64,000 bases of DNA from Bdellovibrionota bacterium (GTDB taxonomy: Bacteria > Bdellovibrionota > FAC87 > UBA2466 > JACKAF01), in the NCBI GenBank assembly GCA_041751875.1, contig JBGSIC010000026.1:5128-69127 (forward strand), in the 5' to 3' direction. Numbering within the stretch: position 1 is the first letter of the stretch; each line of letters starts with the position of its first letter. Positions 53,822-61,379 of this stretch are shown here, piece after piece. The position numbers and the translations under genes were made by a program. Below the pieces are notes generated by a model. The model saw nothing but the letters and a program-made list of their open reading frames with translations. It had not been told where the DNA came from and searched no databases.

Positions 53822-53882
53822 AGTTTAGTTTAAAAAAGGAGTTCGATTTGCCACCTTGCTCGAGCAATGAGAGGGTTAGCAG

Positions 53883-54464
53883 ATGAGCGAGGCTTCCTTG
53901 TTGAAAGACGTGCGGATTTATGTGGGACGCGTCTCCGAATTTTCCCCTACGGACTGGGTGGTCTATATCGGTTGGGTCGGCATGATGGTTTCGCTCTTTG
54001 CGGCGGTCTTTGGTTTTATCTATTTGGGACACACCCAGGGCGTGGATTTCCCTCCGTATGTTTGGAATGTGCCATTGGGAATTGCGATTTTTGTCATTGC
54101 GATTGGATTTGATACCATAGGTCATCGCACGATTTACCGAGAAGAGCTTCGCAAGGCGGAAGCGCTGGTGCATCACATCACCATGTTTTGCGGTATTACT
54201 TCGGTTGTTTGTCTGATTTTAGCCTACCAGTATCCAAGCTTTTTTCGCTTCCCGGCGTTGGTGCTGGTTCTGATGGCCGTGTTTTACAGTGTGGTTGATG
54301 AATCGATGCACTGGAGGCGTTACTTAAACCAGAAATCGGATCGAGTGGAGATGTGGAGCCATCTTTTCATATTCGTTGGCCATCTCCTGATGAGCGTGAG
54401 CTGGTACTATTGGTTTGAAGACGGTTACCCTGGTGTTGCGCAGACCCTAGCACTTTTGCCCTGA
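53883..54464 (+). CDS. hypothetical five-TM membrane protein with conserved-looking His residues
   Basis: 193 aa with about five hydrophobic helices. His/Asp-containing segments are GHRTIY, LVHHI, DESMHWRRY, WSH and GHL. A GAGAGGG Shine-Dalgarno sequence lies upstream. I recognise no family. Confidence 0.55.
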   Translation: MSEASLLKDVRIYVGRVSEFSPTDWVVYIGWVGMMVSLFAAVFGFIYLGHTQGVDFPPYVWNVPLGIAIFVIAIGFDTIGHRTIYREELRKAEALVHHITMFCGITSVVCLILAYQYPSFFRFPALVLVLMAVFYSVVDESMHWRRYLNQKSDRVEMWSHLFIFVGHLLMSVSWYYWFEDGYPGVAQTLALLP

Positions 54465-55216
54465 TGCGGAAGTATCTAAGTGAAATTGAAAATACGCTAC
54501 GGTCGTTTCCACGTGAAATTCCTCCGGGTATTGCGGAAGCCTATATCGGCGGAAAACAATCGCGTCTTATCTACCTTGGGTTAAAAGTTCCCACCACGCG
54601 CCAAATTCTTAAGAAGGGTTTTTCTTTTAGTACTCGAGACGAGAAGACTCAGGCGCCGGTTTGGGATTATGTTTGGAATAAGTCCCAACTATACGAAGCA
54701 ATGAGCCTTGCGCTCGACTGGCAGTACAGACAGGAAGTTTCCCCCAGAGATCTATGGCGAAGAATAAAACCTTGGAATGAAAGAGTGGACAACTGGGCAC
54801 ACGCCGACGGACTGTCTAACCTGTACGCTCAGATTCTAGAAGCTGATCCTGCCTTGGTCTACCCCACTTTAGCTAAATGGAATCGTTCGCAGAACCCATG
54901 GCAGCGCCGCTTGTCGATTGTGAGTTTGTTTTACTATGCGCGGTTGAGGAAGAAGTTTTTGCCGGTGGGAAAGATATTTCCCCTTGTTCTCAACCAACTC
55001 GATCACCCTCACTATTATGTGCAGAAGGGAGTTGGCTGGGTGCTCAGAGAGCTGAGCCAAGCTTACCCAAAAGAATGTTCTATTTTTCTGAATAAGAACT
55101 TGGGCAGTATTTCCGCAGTGGCTTTTGCCGCGGCAGTGGAGAAGATAAACGTAAAGGAAAAAGAGCGTTTAAAGGCGTTACGCAAACTAGCGAGGAAGGG
55201 AAAAATTAGAAGCTAG
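54464..55216 (+). CDS. DNA alkylation repair (AlkD-like HEAT-repeat) family protein
   Basis: 250 aa and helical, with KGVGWVLRELS resembling the conserved motif of the DNA_alkylation family. The start overlaps the previous stop by 1 nt. Confidence 0.65.
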   Translation: MRKYLSEIENTLRSFPREIPPGIAEAYIGGKQSRLIYLGLKVPTTRQILKKGFSFSTRDEKTQAPVWDYVWNKSQLYEAMSLALDWQYRQEVSPRDLWRRIKPWNERVDNWAHADGLSNLYAQILEADPALVYPTLAKWNRSQNPWQRRLSIVSLFYYARLRKKFLPVGKIFPLVLNQLDHPHYYVQKGVGWVLRELSQAYPKECSIFLNKNLGSISAVAFAAAVEKINVKEKERLKALRKLARKGKIRS

Positions 55217-56010
55217 AAGGTGAACCCTGCCTCGATGTTGGCGAACACGAGTTTGGCCCCAGTGAAGTTGGCAGTAATAATTGTGGACGTGAAGTCGCCC
55301 AAGTATTGCATGCCCGCACCAAGTCCAATGTTAAATCCTGATGCGAAGTGGAAACGCCATCCAGCGGTACCAACCAGGGCGATGGTTTTAGCGCTTTCTG
55401 TCGCTCCGCCCGGACTGAGATCGGAGATACTGTAGGAAAACATGCCGCCGCCCGCCTGGAGCCACAGGCCCTTGAAACGATCTTTTAGGTATATGTTGAT
55501 CGTGCCGAAACCACCTACGGAGCTTAGTGCACTTGTGGGATTGCTAAGTTTAAAGAAGTGAGGACGTAATCCAAACGCGATGTGATCGGAAAGCGCGATC
55601 TGCACATTGATATAGGGATTAAACAGACCTGATGCCCCACTAAACCCGCCCGTGAGATTGATCGATGGCTTTTTCTTTTTACGCTTTCCTGTCGAATCAA
55701 TCGTTTCTCCATGAGAAGCCGGAAGCCGGTCTTCGATGTCGGGTGTGTAGAGTTCGGCTAAAAAACCTTTTTGGATTTTGTTTTTCTTATTGTCGAACTT
55801 CACCATCGCGGCGGACTTGGCAACTTTCACAACTTTGCCGCAACCGAGTTTCTTGTCTCCATCATAGAAGCAGGCTTTCTCGCCTTTTTTCCAACGGTGG
55901 GCTTCATCATGGCTGATCAAAACCGCTTTCGGGGTTGCCTTAATGACTTTTCCGGCAATAGCGCTTCCCGAAAAACAAATCGCGAGGAGGATAAGAATCT
56001 GAATTTTCAT
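55213..56010 (-). CDS. hypothetical outer-membrane beta-barrel-like protein
   Basis: A signal peptide is present. The C-terminal half has an alternating hydrophobic pattern and ends in EAGFTF (terminal Phe). Confidence 0.6.
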   Translation of the reverse strand: MKIQILILLAICFSGSAIAGKVIKATPKAVLISHDEAHRWKKGEKACFYDGDKKLGCGKVVKVAKSAAMVKFDNKKNKIQKGFLAELYTPDIEDRLPASHGETIDSTGKRKKKKPSINLTGGFSGASGLFNPYINVQIALSDHIAFGLRPHFFKLSNPTSALSSVGGFGTINIYLKDRFKGLWLQAGGGMFSYSISDLSPGGATESAKTIALVGTAGWRFHFASGFNIGLGAGMQYLGDFTSTIITANFTGAKLVFANIEAGFTF

Positions 56011-56346
56011 AGATTTTGTAGTGGGTTGAATTTCAGTATACCAGAATGACTTCGGGGCACGCTAGGTAGCGTTGAAGGAGACGGTGGAGGAGAGTCGGGG
56101 ATTAGGGCAGCCGCTGACGCAGTACCCCTCGACCCTTTTCCGTCATCAGCGCCAGAGGCCAGAGCAGTGCGACAGCAATACCGTCGACCAGGAAGCGCAG
56201 GCGCTTGTTCTGGAAACGGGGCGGCAAATTTCCAGAGAGCGTGCGTTTGATGACATTTAAGAAGAGAAGGCCGAAAACAAATAGATAAATCAGGTGAAGG
56301 AGGCGGAACAAAAGGCACCCGAATGGAGTAGGTTTTGAGAAAAAAA

Positions 56347-56420
56347 TCGGGGCGGGCGGAATTGAACCGCCGACCTCTTGCTCCCTAAGCAAGCGCGCTA
56401 AACCCCTGCGCTACGCCCCG
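56347..56420 (-). tRNA. tRNA-Pro with anticodon AGG (A34)
   Basis: I folded the cloverleaf by hand: CGGGGCG/UA/GCGC-AGGGGUUUA-GCGC/G/CUUGC-UUAGGGA-GCAAG/AGGUC/GGCGG-UUCAAUU-CCGCC/CGCCCCG/A. The anticodon loop is UU-AGG-GA and has G37. 74 nt. CCA is not encoded, and a T7 run follows. Confidence 0.8.
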
Positions 56421-56497
56421 TAAGATACAAACATCGCATAATCTACGGTGCTCGGCAGCAAAATACAAGGATCTGGTGCGAGGTGCAATGACGGGGG

Positions 56498-57151
56498 CTA
56501 AAAGCTCCCCGGATCCTGTCCCGCCAAGTGAACCAGTTCCTTTAGCTCACCTATCAACTGGCTGAGTACCTTCTTATGCTCTTTTCCGTCGACCATTGGC
56601 CGCTTCTTCTCTTCTTTGCGCTTCTCAAGGAGCTTCTTTTTGGCCCCTTTCACGCTGTATTTCTCGACATAAAGGAGATGGCGAATCTGAGAAAAAAGCA
56701 TTACGTCATGGCGAGAGTAGGTACGGTGTCCGCTGCGGGACTTCATCGGGCGGATGGCGGTGAATTCACTTTCCCAGTAGCGAAGCACATAGGGTTCTAC
56801 ACCCAGCATTTCGGATGCCTCTCCGATCCGGTAGTACTTCTTGTCGGTGGCGAAGGTCAGTGCGGGTAACCGCTCAGCGGAAAGCGGCTCAGCCGGAGGT
56901 GCCTTCTCATCGGCAAGTTCCAATTCAGGCTGGGCGTCCTGTTCGGGAACAGGTTGATAATCCAATTCAGTGCCAGTGGCCGCTTCTACCTCGATCAAGG
57001 GTGCTTGCGGTTCAACCTGCACATCCTCTGTTTCCCGCTCCCTCACTGCTGCGGCGTTCTTTTTACGCTTGAGCGAATCCAAAATAAACTTGGTTGCTAA
57101 TTTTTGACTGGGATCGGGAAACTCGTCCTCGTATGAAAAATTTTTCGGCAT
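56498..57151 (-). CDS. MerR-family transcriptional regulator with ~100-aa acidic/Pro-rich N-terminal extension
   Basis: YYRIGEASEMLGVEPYVLRYWESEF...GHRTYSRHD is a MerR-type HTH. An AGGGGG Shine-Dalgarno sequence lies upstream. Confidence 0.8.
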   Translation of the reverse strand: MPKNFSYEDEFPDPSQKLATKFILDSLKRKKNAAAVRERETEDVQVEPQAPLIEVEAATGTELDYQPVPEQDAQPELELADEKAPPAEPLSAERLPALTFATDKKYYRIGEASEMLGVEPYVLRYWESEFTAIRPMKSRSGHRTYSRHDVMLFSQIRHLLYVEKYSVKGAKKKLLEKRKEEKKRPMVDGKEHKKVLSQLIGELKELVHLAGQDPGSF

Positions 57152-57209
57152 GTGGCCCCCTGAGAAGAAATAAAGATGCCCCCATTATAAAGGGCGAAAG
57201 AGGATTAGG

Positions 57210-57360
57210 ATAGGTGCCTATCTACTTCCCGGCCGTAAAGGTCGCAGGTAAACAATGATTCGATGTGACTAAATGAGTGATGACGAATCGAGTTGTTGGA
57301 AAGGCATCTCTGTCGCACTTACCCGCTACCTTCACGGCCGGGAAGTAGATTGGCACCTAT
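57210..57360. repeat. 151-nt long inverted repeat element (repeat-family copy D)
   Basis: The 27-nt arms ATAGGTGCCTATCTACTTCCCGGCCGT (57210..57236) and ACGGCCGGGAAGTAGATTGGCACCTAT (57334..57360) are complementary with one mismatch. Imperfect pairing continues about 12 bp further inward. The right arm ends at the pheT stop codon. Confidence 0.7.
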
Positions 57361-59792
57361 TAGGCGCGTAATTGAGCGCCGTGGGTGTCTTGAAGAGCCT
57401 GAATAATTTTGCTTTTAAGAGTTTCTGTTTCAGCTTCTTCCAAGGTCCGATCCGAAGAAAGAAAACTGAGATGGAAGGCCAAGCTGCGTTTTCCCATCGG
57501 GATATTTTCTCCCGCGTACACATCAAAAAGATCTGCTTTGTCGAGAAGCTCGCCGCCCGCGCCGCGAATGGTCTCTATCAAACTTTGGTGGGCAACGGAC
57601 TTATCCACCGTAATCGCAATATCCAATGACACAGCGGGAAACTTAGACGGCTTTTTGAAACGCACAGTTCGCCTGCGGTATTTGCGGAGCACATCCAAGT
57701 TAAGCTCAAAAATCACCAACGGTTCATCAGTTTCTAGTACACCTTCTCGGACATGGGGGTGAATTTCACCGATAAACCCAACTTCGGTTGTACCCAGCTT
57801 CAAGACGGCTGACCGATTCGGGAAAAAGAGTTTGTCGCTAGTAACAGGCTCGTAGGCCAAGGAAACCGTCGTGTTCTGGCTGATTAGATTCTCCACCAAG
57901 CCTTTGAGTGTGTAAAAATCTACCGTTGTGGAATCCTTCACCCAACCTTGGGGCGAACGCATTCCCGACAAAAGACCGGCCACACGGCTGGTTTCTTTTA
58001 CCGTTGTCTCTACGCTTTCATCCCAAAGATAAGTGCGTGCTACTTCGAATAAGCGCTGGCTCTCCAGGTTGCGATTGCGATTATAGCGATACGTTTCAAG
58101 CAAACTGGGAAGCAAGCTCGGACGAAGGACCTTGAACTCGTCGCTGATCGGGTTGCTCAATCGGACAGGATGATCGGGCAAAACACCGTACCGGATCAAA
58201 TTGTTCTCTGATGTAAAACTATAGTGAATACATTCTCGCATTCCCATTCCCGCCAGTGAGTGACGGATATGCAGTTCAAAAAGAAACTCTTCATCATCGA
58301 ACTCCCGATCGGGAGCTGACGGAACCGGAAAGCGCTCCGGAATGATTTCGTAACCAATCAGACGAGCGACTTCTTCGACCATGTCGACGCTCTTTTCCAG
58401 ATCGTTTCTGAAACTAGGAATCTTGGCTACCAAGATGTTGGCCGAGCGCTTGTGAGTGGTAATGCCGATCGATTCAAGCAGATCAGCAGTTTTCTCCGAA
58501 GAAAGATTATAGAGACCCGTCACTTTGCGCACATCGCGCATGTCGATAGATACGGACAGTTGTTTCGGGGGTTCCGCGTTCGTATCAATCGGCGGGTAGT
58601 AGACATTGCCGTCAAAGCTATCGCGCAGCAAAGAGGCTGCACGTTCGCTGGCCGCTCCCACACCCATAAAGTCGACCTTACGTTCAAAGCGTTTCGAAGA
58701 ATCGGTGTGAAGGCCTAAGCGCTTTGCCGTCTTGCGAATCTGAGCGTGATTGAAAGTGGCGCTCTCTAGAATAATCGACGTGGTTTCAGCGCTTATTCCC
58801 GTGCTCGCTCCACCCATAATGCCCGCAAGAGCGATTGGTTTGTCACCATCTTGGATAAGAATATCCCCGGGCTGCAACTGCACCGACTCGCCCGTCAGGA
58901 GTTGAAGGTCGGTTTCTCGTTCGCAAGCAGCAACCTTAATGATTCCCGACTCAATTTTTCTTAAGTCAAAAGCGTGAAGCGGCTGCCCATACTCGAGCAT
59001 CACGAAGTTGGTGATGTCGACGATGTTATTGATCGGGCGCAAGCCGACCGATTTTAACCGTTGCTGAATCCACTCAGGGCTCTCGGTTACTTTTAAGTTA
59101 TCAATCACCACTGCGGTATAACGAGGGCAAATCGTGGCGTCGGGAACTTCCACCTTAAGAATACTGGAGGTCCGGTGACTCGATACTTTGAAACGGGCTG
59201 GCTTAGGGTCGCGTATCCGTGTTTTAAGCGTGGGCGCAATTTCACGGGCCAACCCCAAAATTGAGAGACAGTCTCCCCGGTTCGCTGTGAGATCAAACTC
59301 TAGTACGCTGTCGTCCGAACCCACCAAGTGCGCTAAGGGGTCGCCAATTGAACTGTGTTTGGGAAGCTGTAAAATACCATCGGTATCTTCAGATAGTTCT
59401 AGTTCCTTCCCAGAACAAATCATGCCAAAAGAATCCACACCACGGATTTTTGATTCCTTGATCTTGAAATCACCTGGTAGGACCGCGCCAATCAGCGCAA
59501 CCGGAACTACGTCTCCCACGGATATATTTTTTGCGCCGCAAACAATCTGAAGTGGCTTAACCGATTCATCTTTTGAGATGCGAACAGAAGTGACTTGTAG
59601 GCGATCCGCATTGGGGTGTTTATCGATTTTCTCGATTTTGCCAACTACGACGTTGTTAAGGCCCCGTGACGAGCTGCCAATAGATTCGACGGCCAATCCG
59701 CGCATCGTCATCTTTTCGCCGATTTCTTTCGGATTCAGCTTAAGGTCTTGGTTTAGTAGGTAGTCTTTTAACCAATTGATTGAGAGCCGCAT
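57360..59792 (-). CDS. pheT: phenylalanine--tRNA ligase beta subunit
   Basis: 810 aa. The N-terminus MRLSINWLKDYL, a tRNA-binding domain, B3/4 and B5 domains and the position directly after pheS all fit. Confidence 0.95.
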   Translation of the reverse strand: MRLSINWLKDYLLNQDLKLNPKEIGEKMTMRGLAVESIGSSSRGLNNVVVGKIEKIDKHPNADRLQVTSVRISKDESVKPLQIVCGAKNISVGDVVPVALIGAVLPGDFKIKESKIRGVDSFGMICSGKELELSEDTDGILQLPKHSSIGDPLAHLVGSDDSVLEFDLTANRGDCLSILGLAREIAPTLKTRIRDPKPARFKVSSHRTSSILKVEVPDATICPRYTAVVIDNLKVTESPEWIQQRLKSVGLRPINNIVDITNFVMLEYGQPLHAFDLRKIESGIIKVAACERETDLQLLTGESVQLQPGDILIQDGDKPIALAGIMGGASTGISAETTSIILESATFNHAQIRKTAKRLGLHTDSSKRFERKVDFMGVGAASERAASLLRDSFDGNVYYPPIDTNAEPPKQLSVSIDMRDVRKVTGLYNLSSEKTADLLESIGITTHKRSANILVAKIPSFRNDLEKSVDMVEEVARLIGYEIIPERFPVPSAPDREFDDEEFLFELHIRHSLAGMGMRECIHYSFTSENNLIRYGVLPDHPVRLSNPISDEFKVLRPSLLPSLLETYRYNRNRNLESQRLFEVARTYLWDESVETTVKETSRVAGLLSGMRSPQGWVKDSTTVDFYTLKGLVENLISQNTTVSLAYEPVTSDKLFFPNRSAVLKLGTTEVGFIGEIHPHVREGVLETDEPLVIFELNLDVLRKYRRRTVRFKKPSKFPAVSLDIAITVDKSVAHQSLIETIRGAGGELLDKADLFDVYAGENIPMGKRSLAFHLSFLSSDRTLEEAETETLKSKIIQALQDTHGAQLRA

Positions 59793-60776
59793 TTAAAACT
59801 GCTCCAGCATCCTGTAGTCGTTCTCAAAGAAGGAACGCAAATCATCAATTCCATACTTAAGCATGGCAATTCTTTCGATTCCCATGCCAAAAGCAAAACC
59901 AGTCCAACGGTCAACGTCATAGTCGACTGCTTGTAAAACGTTAGGGTGAACCATGCCACAGCCGCCAATTTCTAGCCATTGGTTGTCCCACTGCACATCG
60001 ATCTCAGCGCTTGGTTCGGTGAACGGGAAAAAGCTGGGGCGAAAGCGTACAGGGCGCTTCCCAAAAAGTTCACGAATCAAATAGAGAACAACGCCTTTAA
60101 GATCGGCGAGTGAAATATCTTGGTCCACCATCAAACCTTCCATCTGATGGAACATCGGCGTGTGGGTGAGATCGTAGTCAGAACGGTAAACACGACCAAA
60201 CGATATAATTTGAAGAGGTGGCTCGCTTTTCTTCATCGTGCGAATCTGAACCGGCGACGTGTGGGAGCGGAGTAAAACCGGTGGATTGAGATAAAAAGTG
60301 TCTTGAGCATCGCGTGCGGGGTGATCATCAGGAGTGTTTAAGGCTTCAAAATTGTAGTACTCGGTTTCTACTTCCGGACCAGTAGCGATATTAAAGCCCA
60401 GCCGACGCATGATCGTGACCATTTCTTCGATGACCATGGTTACCGGGTGCAACGACCCCTGCGGGATCACGAATTTACCCGGTTGCGTGACGTCGAGTGG
60501 ATCCGTTCGAGTCAGCTCTTTTTCAATGTGACGGCGTTGGATGTCGAGTTTGCGCACTTCGAGTTGAGACTCGAGGTCGTCTTTACACTTGTTGACGACG
60601 GCGCCCAATTCTTTGCGTTCGTCCGGTCCCATATCCTTGAGAGATTTGAGAACGGCAGTGACCAGGCCTTTTTTGCCCAGGTACTGTACGCGTAGACGGT
60701 CGAGTTCCTTTAAATCATCTGCAGTAGAGATTTTGGAACGCGCTTCGTCCCGTATTCGATTGATTTCGTTAATCAT
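59793..60776 (-). CDS. pheS: phenylalanine--tRNA ligase alpha subunit
   Basis: Class II motifs are present, including FRPSFFPFTEPSAEIDV and GCGMVHPNVL. 327 aa. Confidence 0.95.
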   Translation of the reverse strand: MINEINRIRDEARSKISTADDLKELDRLRVQYLGKKGLVTAVLKSLKDMGPDERKELGAVVNKCKDDLESQLEVRKLDIQRRHIEKELTRTDPLDVTQPGKFVIPQGSLHPVTMVIEEMVTIMRRLGFNIATGPEVETEYYNFEALNTPDDHPARDAQDTFYLNPPVLLRSHTSPVQIRTMKKSEPPLQIISFGRVYRSDYDLTHTPMFHQMEGLMVDQDISLADLKGVVLYLIRELFGKRPVRFRPSFFPFTEPSAEIDVQWDNQWLEIGGCGMVHPNVLQAVDYDVDRWTGFAFGMGIERIAMLKYGIDDLRSFFENDYRMLEQF

Positions 60777-61129
60777 GCAGCTTGCGGCCGCACAAGCGCC
60801 ACAAGCTGAGAGAAGTGTTCCGGCTGTGTAACGGCAAGATCAGCTAGTATCTTACGATCCAGCTGGATATTTGCCTTAGACAACCCAGAAATAAACTTTG
60901 AATAACTCAGATTATGGAGCCTGCAAGCGGCATTTATGCGCGTTTGCCAAAGGACACGCATGTGACGCTTCAGCTGGCGACGATCCCTATGAGCATAACG
61001 ATCTGCCCGTAGAGTGTACTCACGGGCCATCTTAAGGACCTTACCAGCACTTCCGACAAAACCTTCAGCACGTTTTAAAATCTTTTTTCTTTTATTTCGG
61101 CCTGCGGGGCCGCGCTTTACTCTTGGCAT
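60773..61129 (-). CDS. rplT: 50S ribosomal protein L20
   Basis: The protein begins MPRVKRGPAGRNKRKKILK...YAHRDRRQLKR. 118 aa. Its stop overlaps the pheS start (ATGA). Confidence 0.95.
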   Translation of the reverse strand: MPRVKRGPAGRNKRKKILKRAEGFVGSAGKVLKMAREYTLRADRYAHRDRRQLKRHMRVLWQTRINAACRLHNLSYSKFISGLSKANIQLDRKILADLAVTQPEHFSQLVALVRPQAA

Positions 61130-61132
61130 AAA

Positions 61133-61333
61133 CTATATCACCAACATTCTTTCGACCCGTTTTTGGTCGGTCTTATCCACGATTGCCATCTTGCGCAAAC
61201 GACGAGTGCGTTTGGACGGTTTGTGTGAATTCAAATGGGAAAGGTGCCCATGCGCGCGCTTGATTTTTCCCGATCCGGTGACACGAAACCGCTTTTTCGC
61301 TGCCGATTTGGACTTGATTTTAATCCCAGCCAT
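61133..61333 (-). CDS. rpmI: 50S ribosomal protein L35
   Basis: 66-aa basic protein with the SAAKKRFRVTGSGKIKR motif, lying between infC and rplT. Confidence 0.9.
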   Translation of the reverse strand: MAGIKIKSKSAAKKRFRVTGSGKIKRAHGHLSHLNSHKPSKRTRRLRKMAIVDKTDQKRVERMLVI

Positions 61334-61379
61334 CTACTACTGCTCCTGGGCAGGTTTAACAACAAAAAATCCCTATCTC

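Noticed and set aside
49232-54464. Retinal/rhodopsin system (crtEIBY + blh + opsin)
   Set aside because: No seven-TM Lys-containing opsin-like ORF is present in or near the cluster. No ORF clearly resembles the beta-carotene dioxygenase Blh. Only the unassigned five-TM protein remains as an open question.
56007-56392. ORFs 56007..56318 (103 aa) and 56102..56392 (96 aa) as annotated in the track
   Set aside because: The first translates to an improbable Pro/Ala/Ser-rich sequence. The N-terminus of the second overlaps the tRNA-Pro gene. Only a shorter TTG-initiated version is discussed, as a low-confidence finding.
57210-57360. 6S RNA (ssrS) interpretation of the long hairpin after pheT
   Set aside because: 6S RNA has a bulged stem with a large central bubble and characteristic conserved positions. 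This element has near-perfect 27-nt arms and shares modules with other intergenic palindromes, so it fits a repeat element better. I cannot exclude the 6S interpretation without a covariance-model search.
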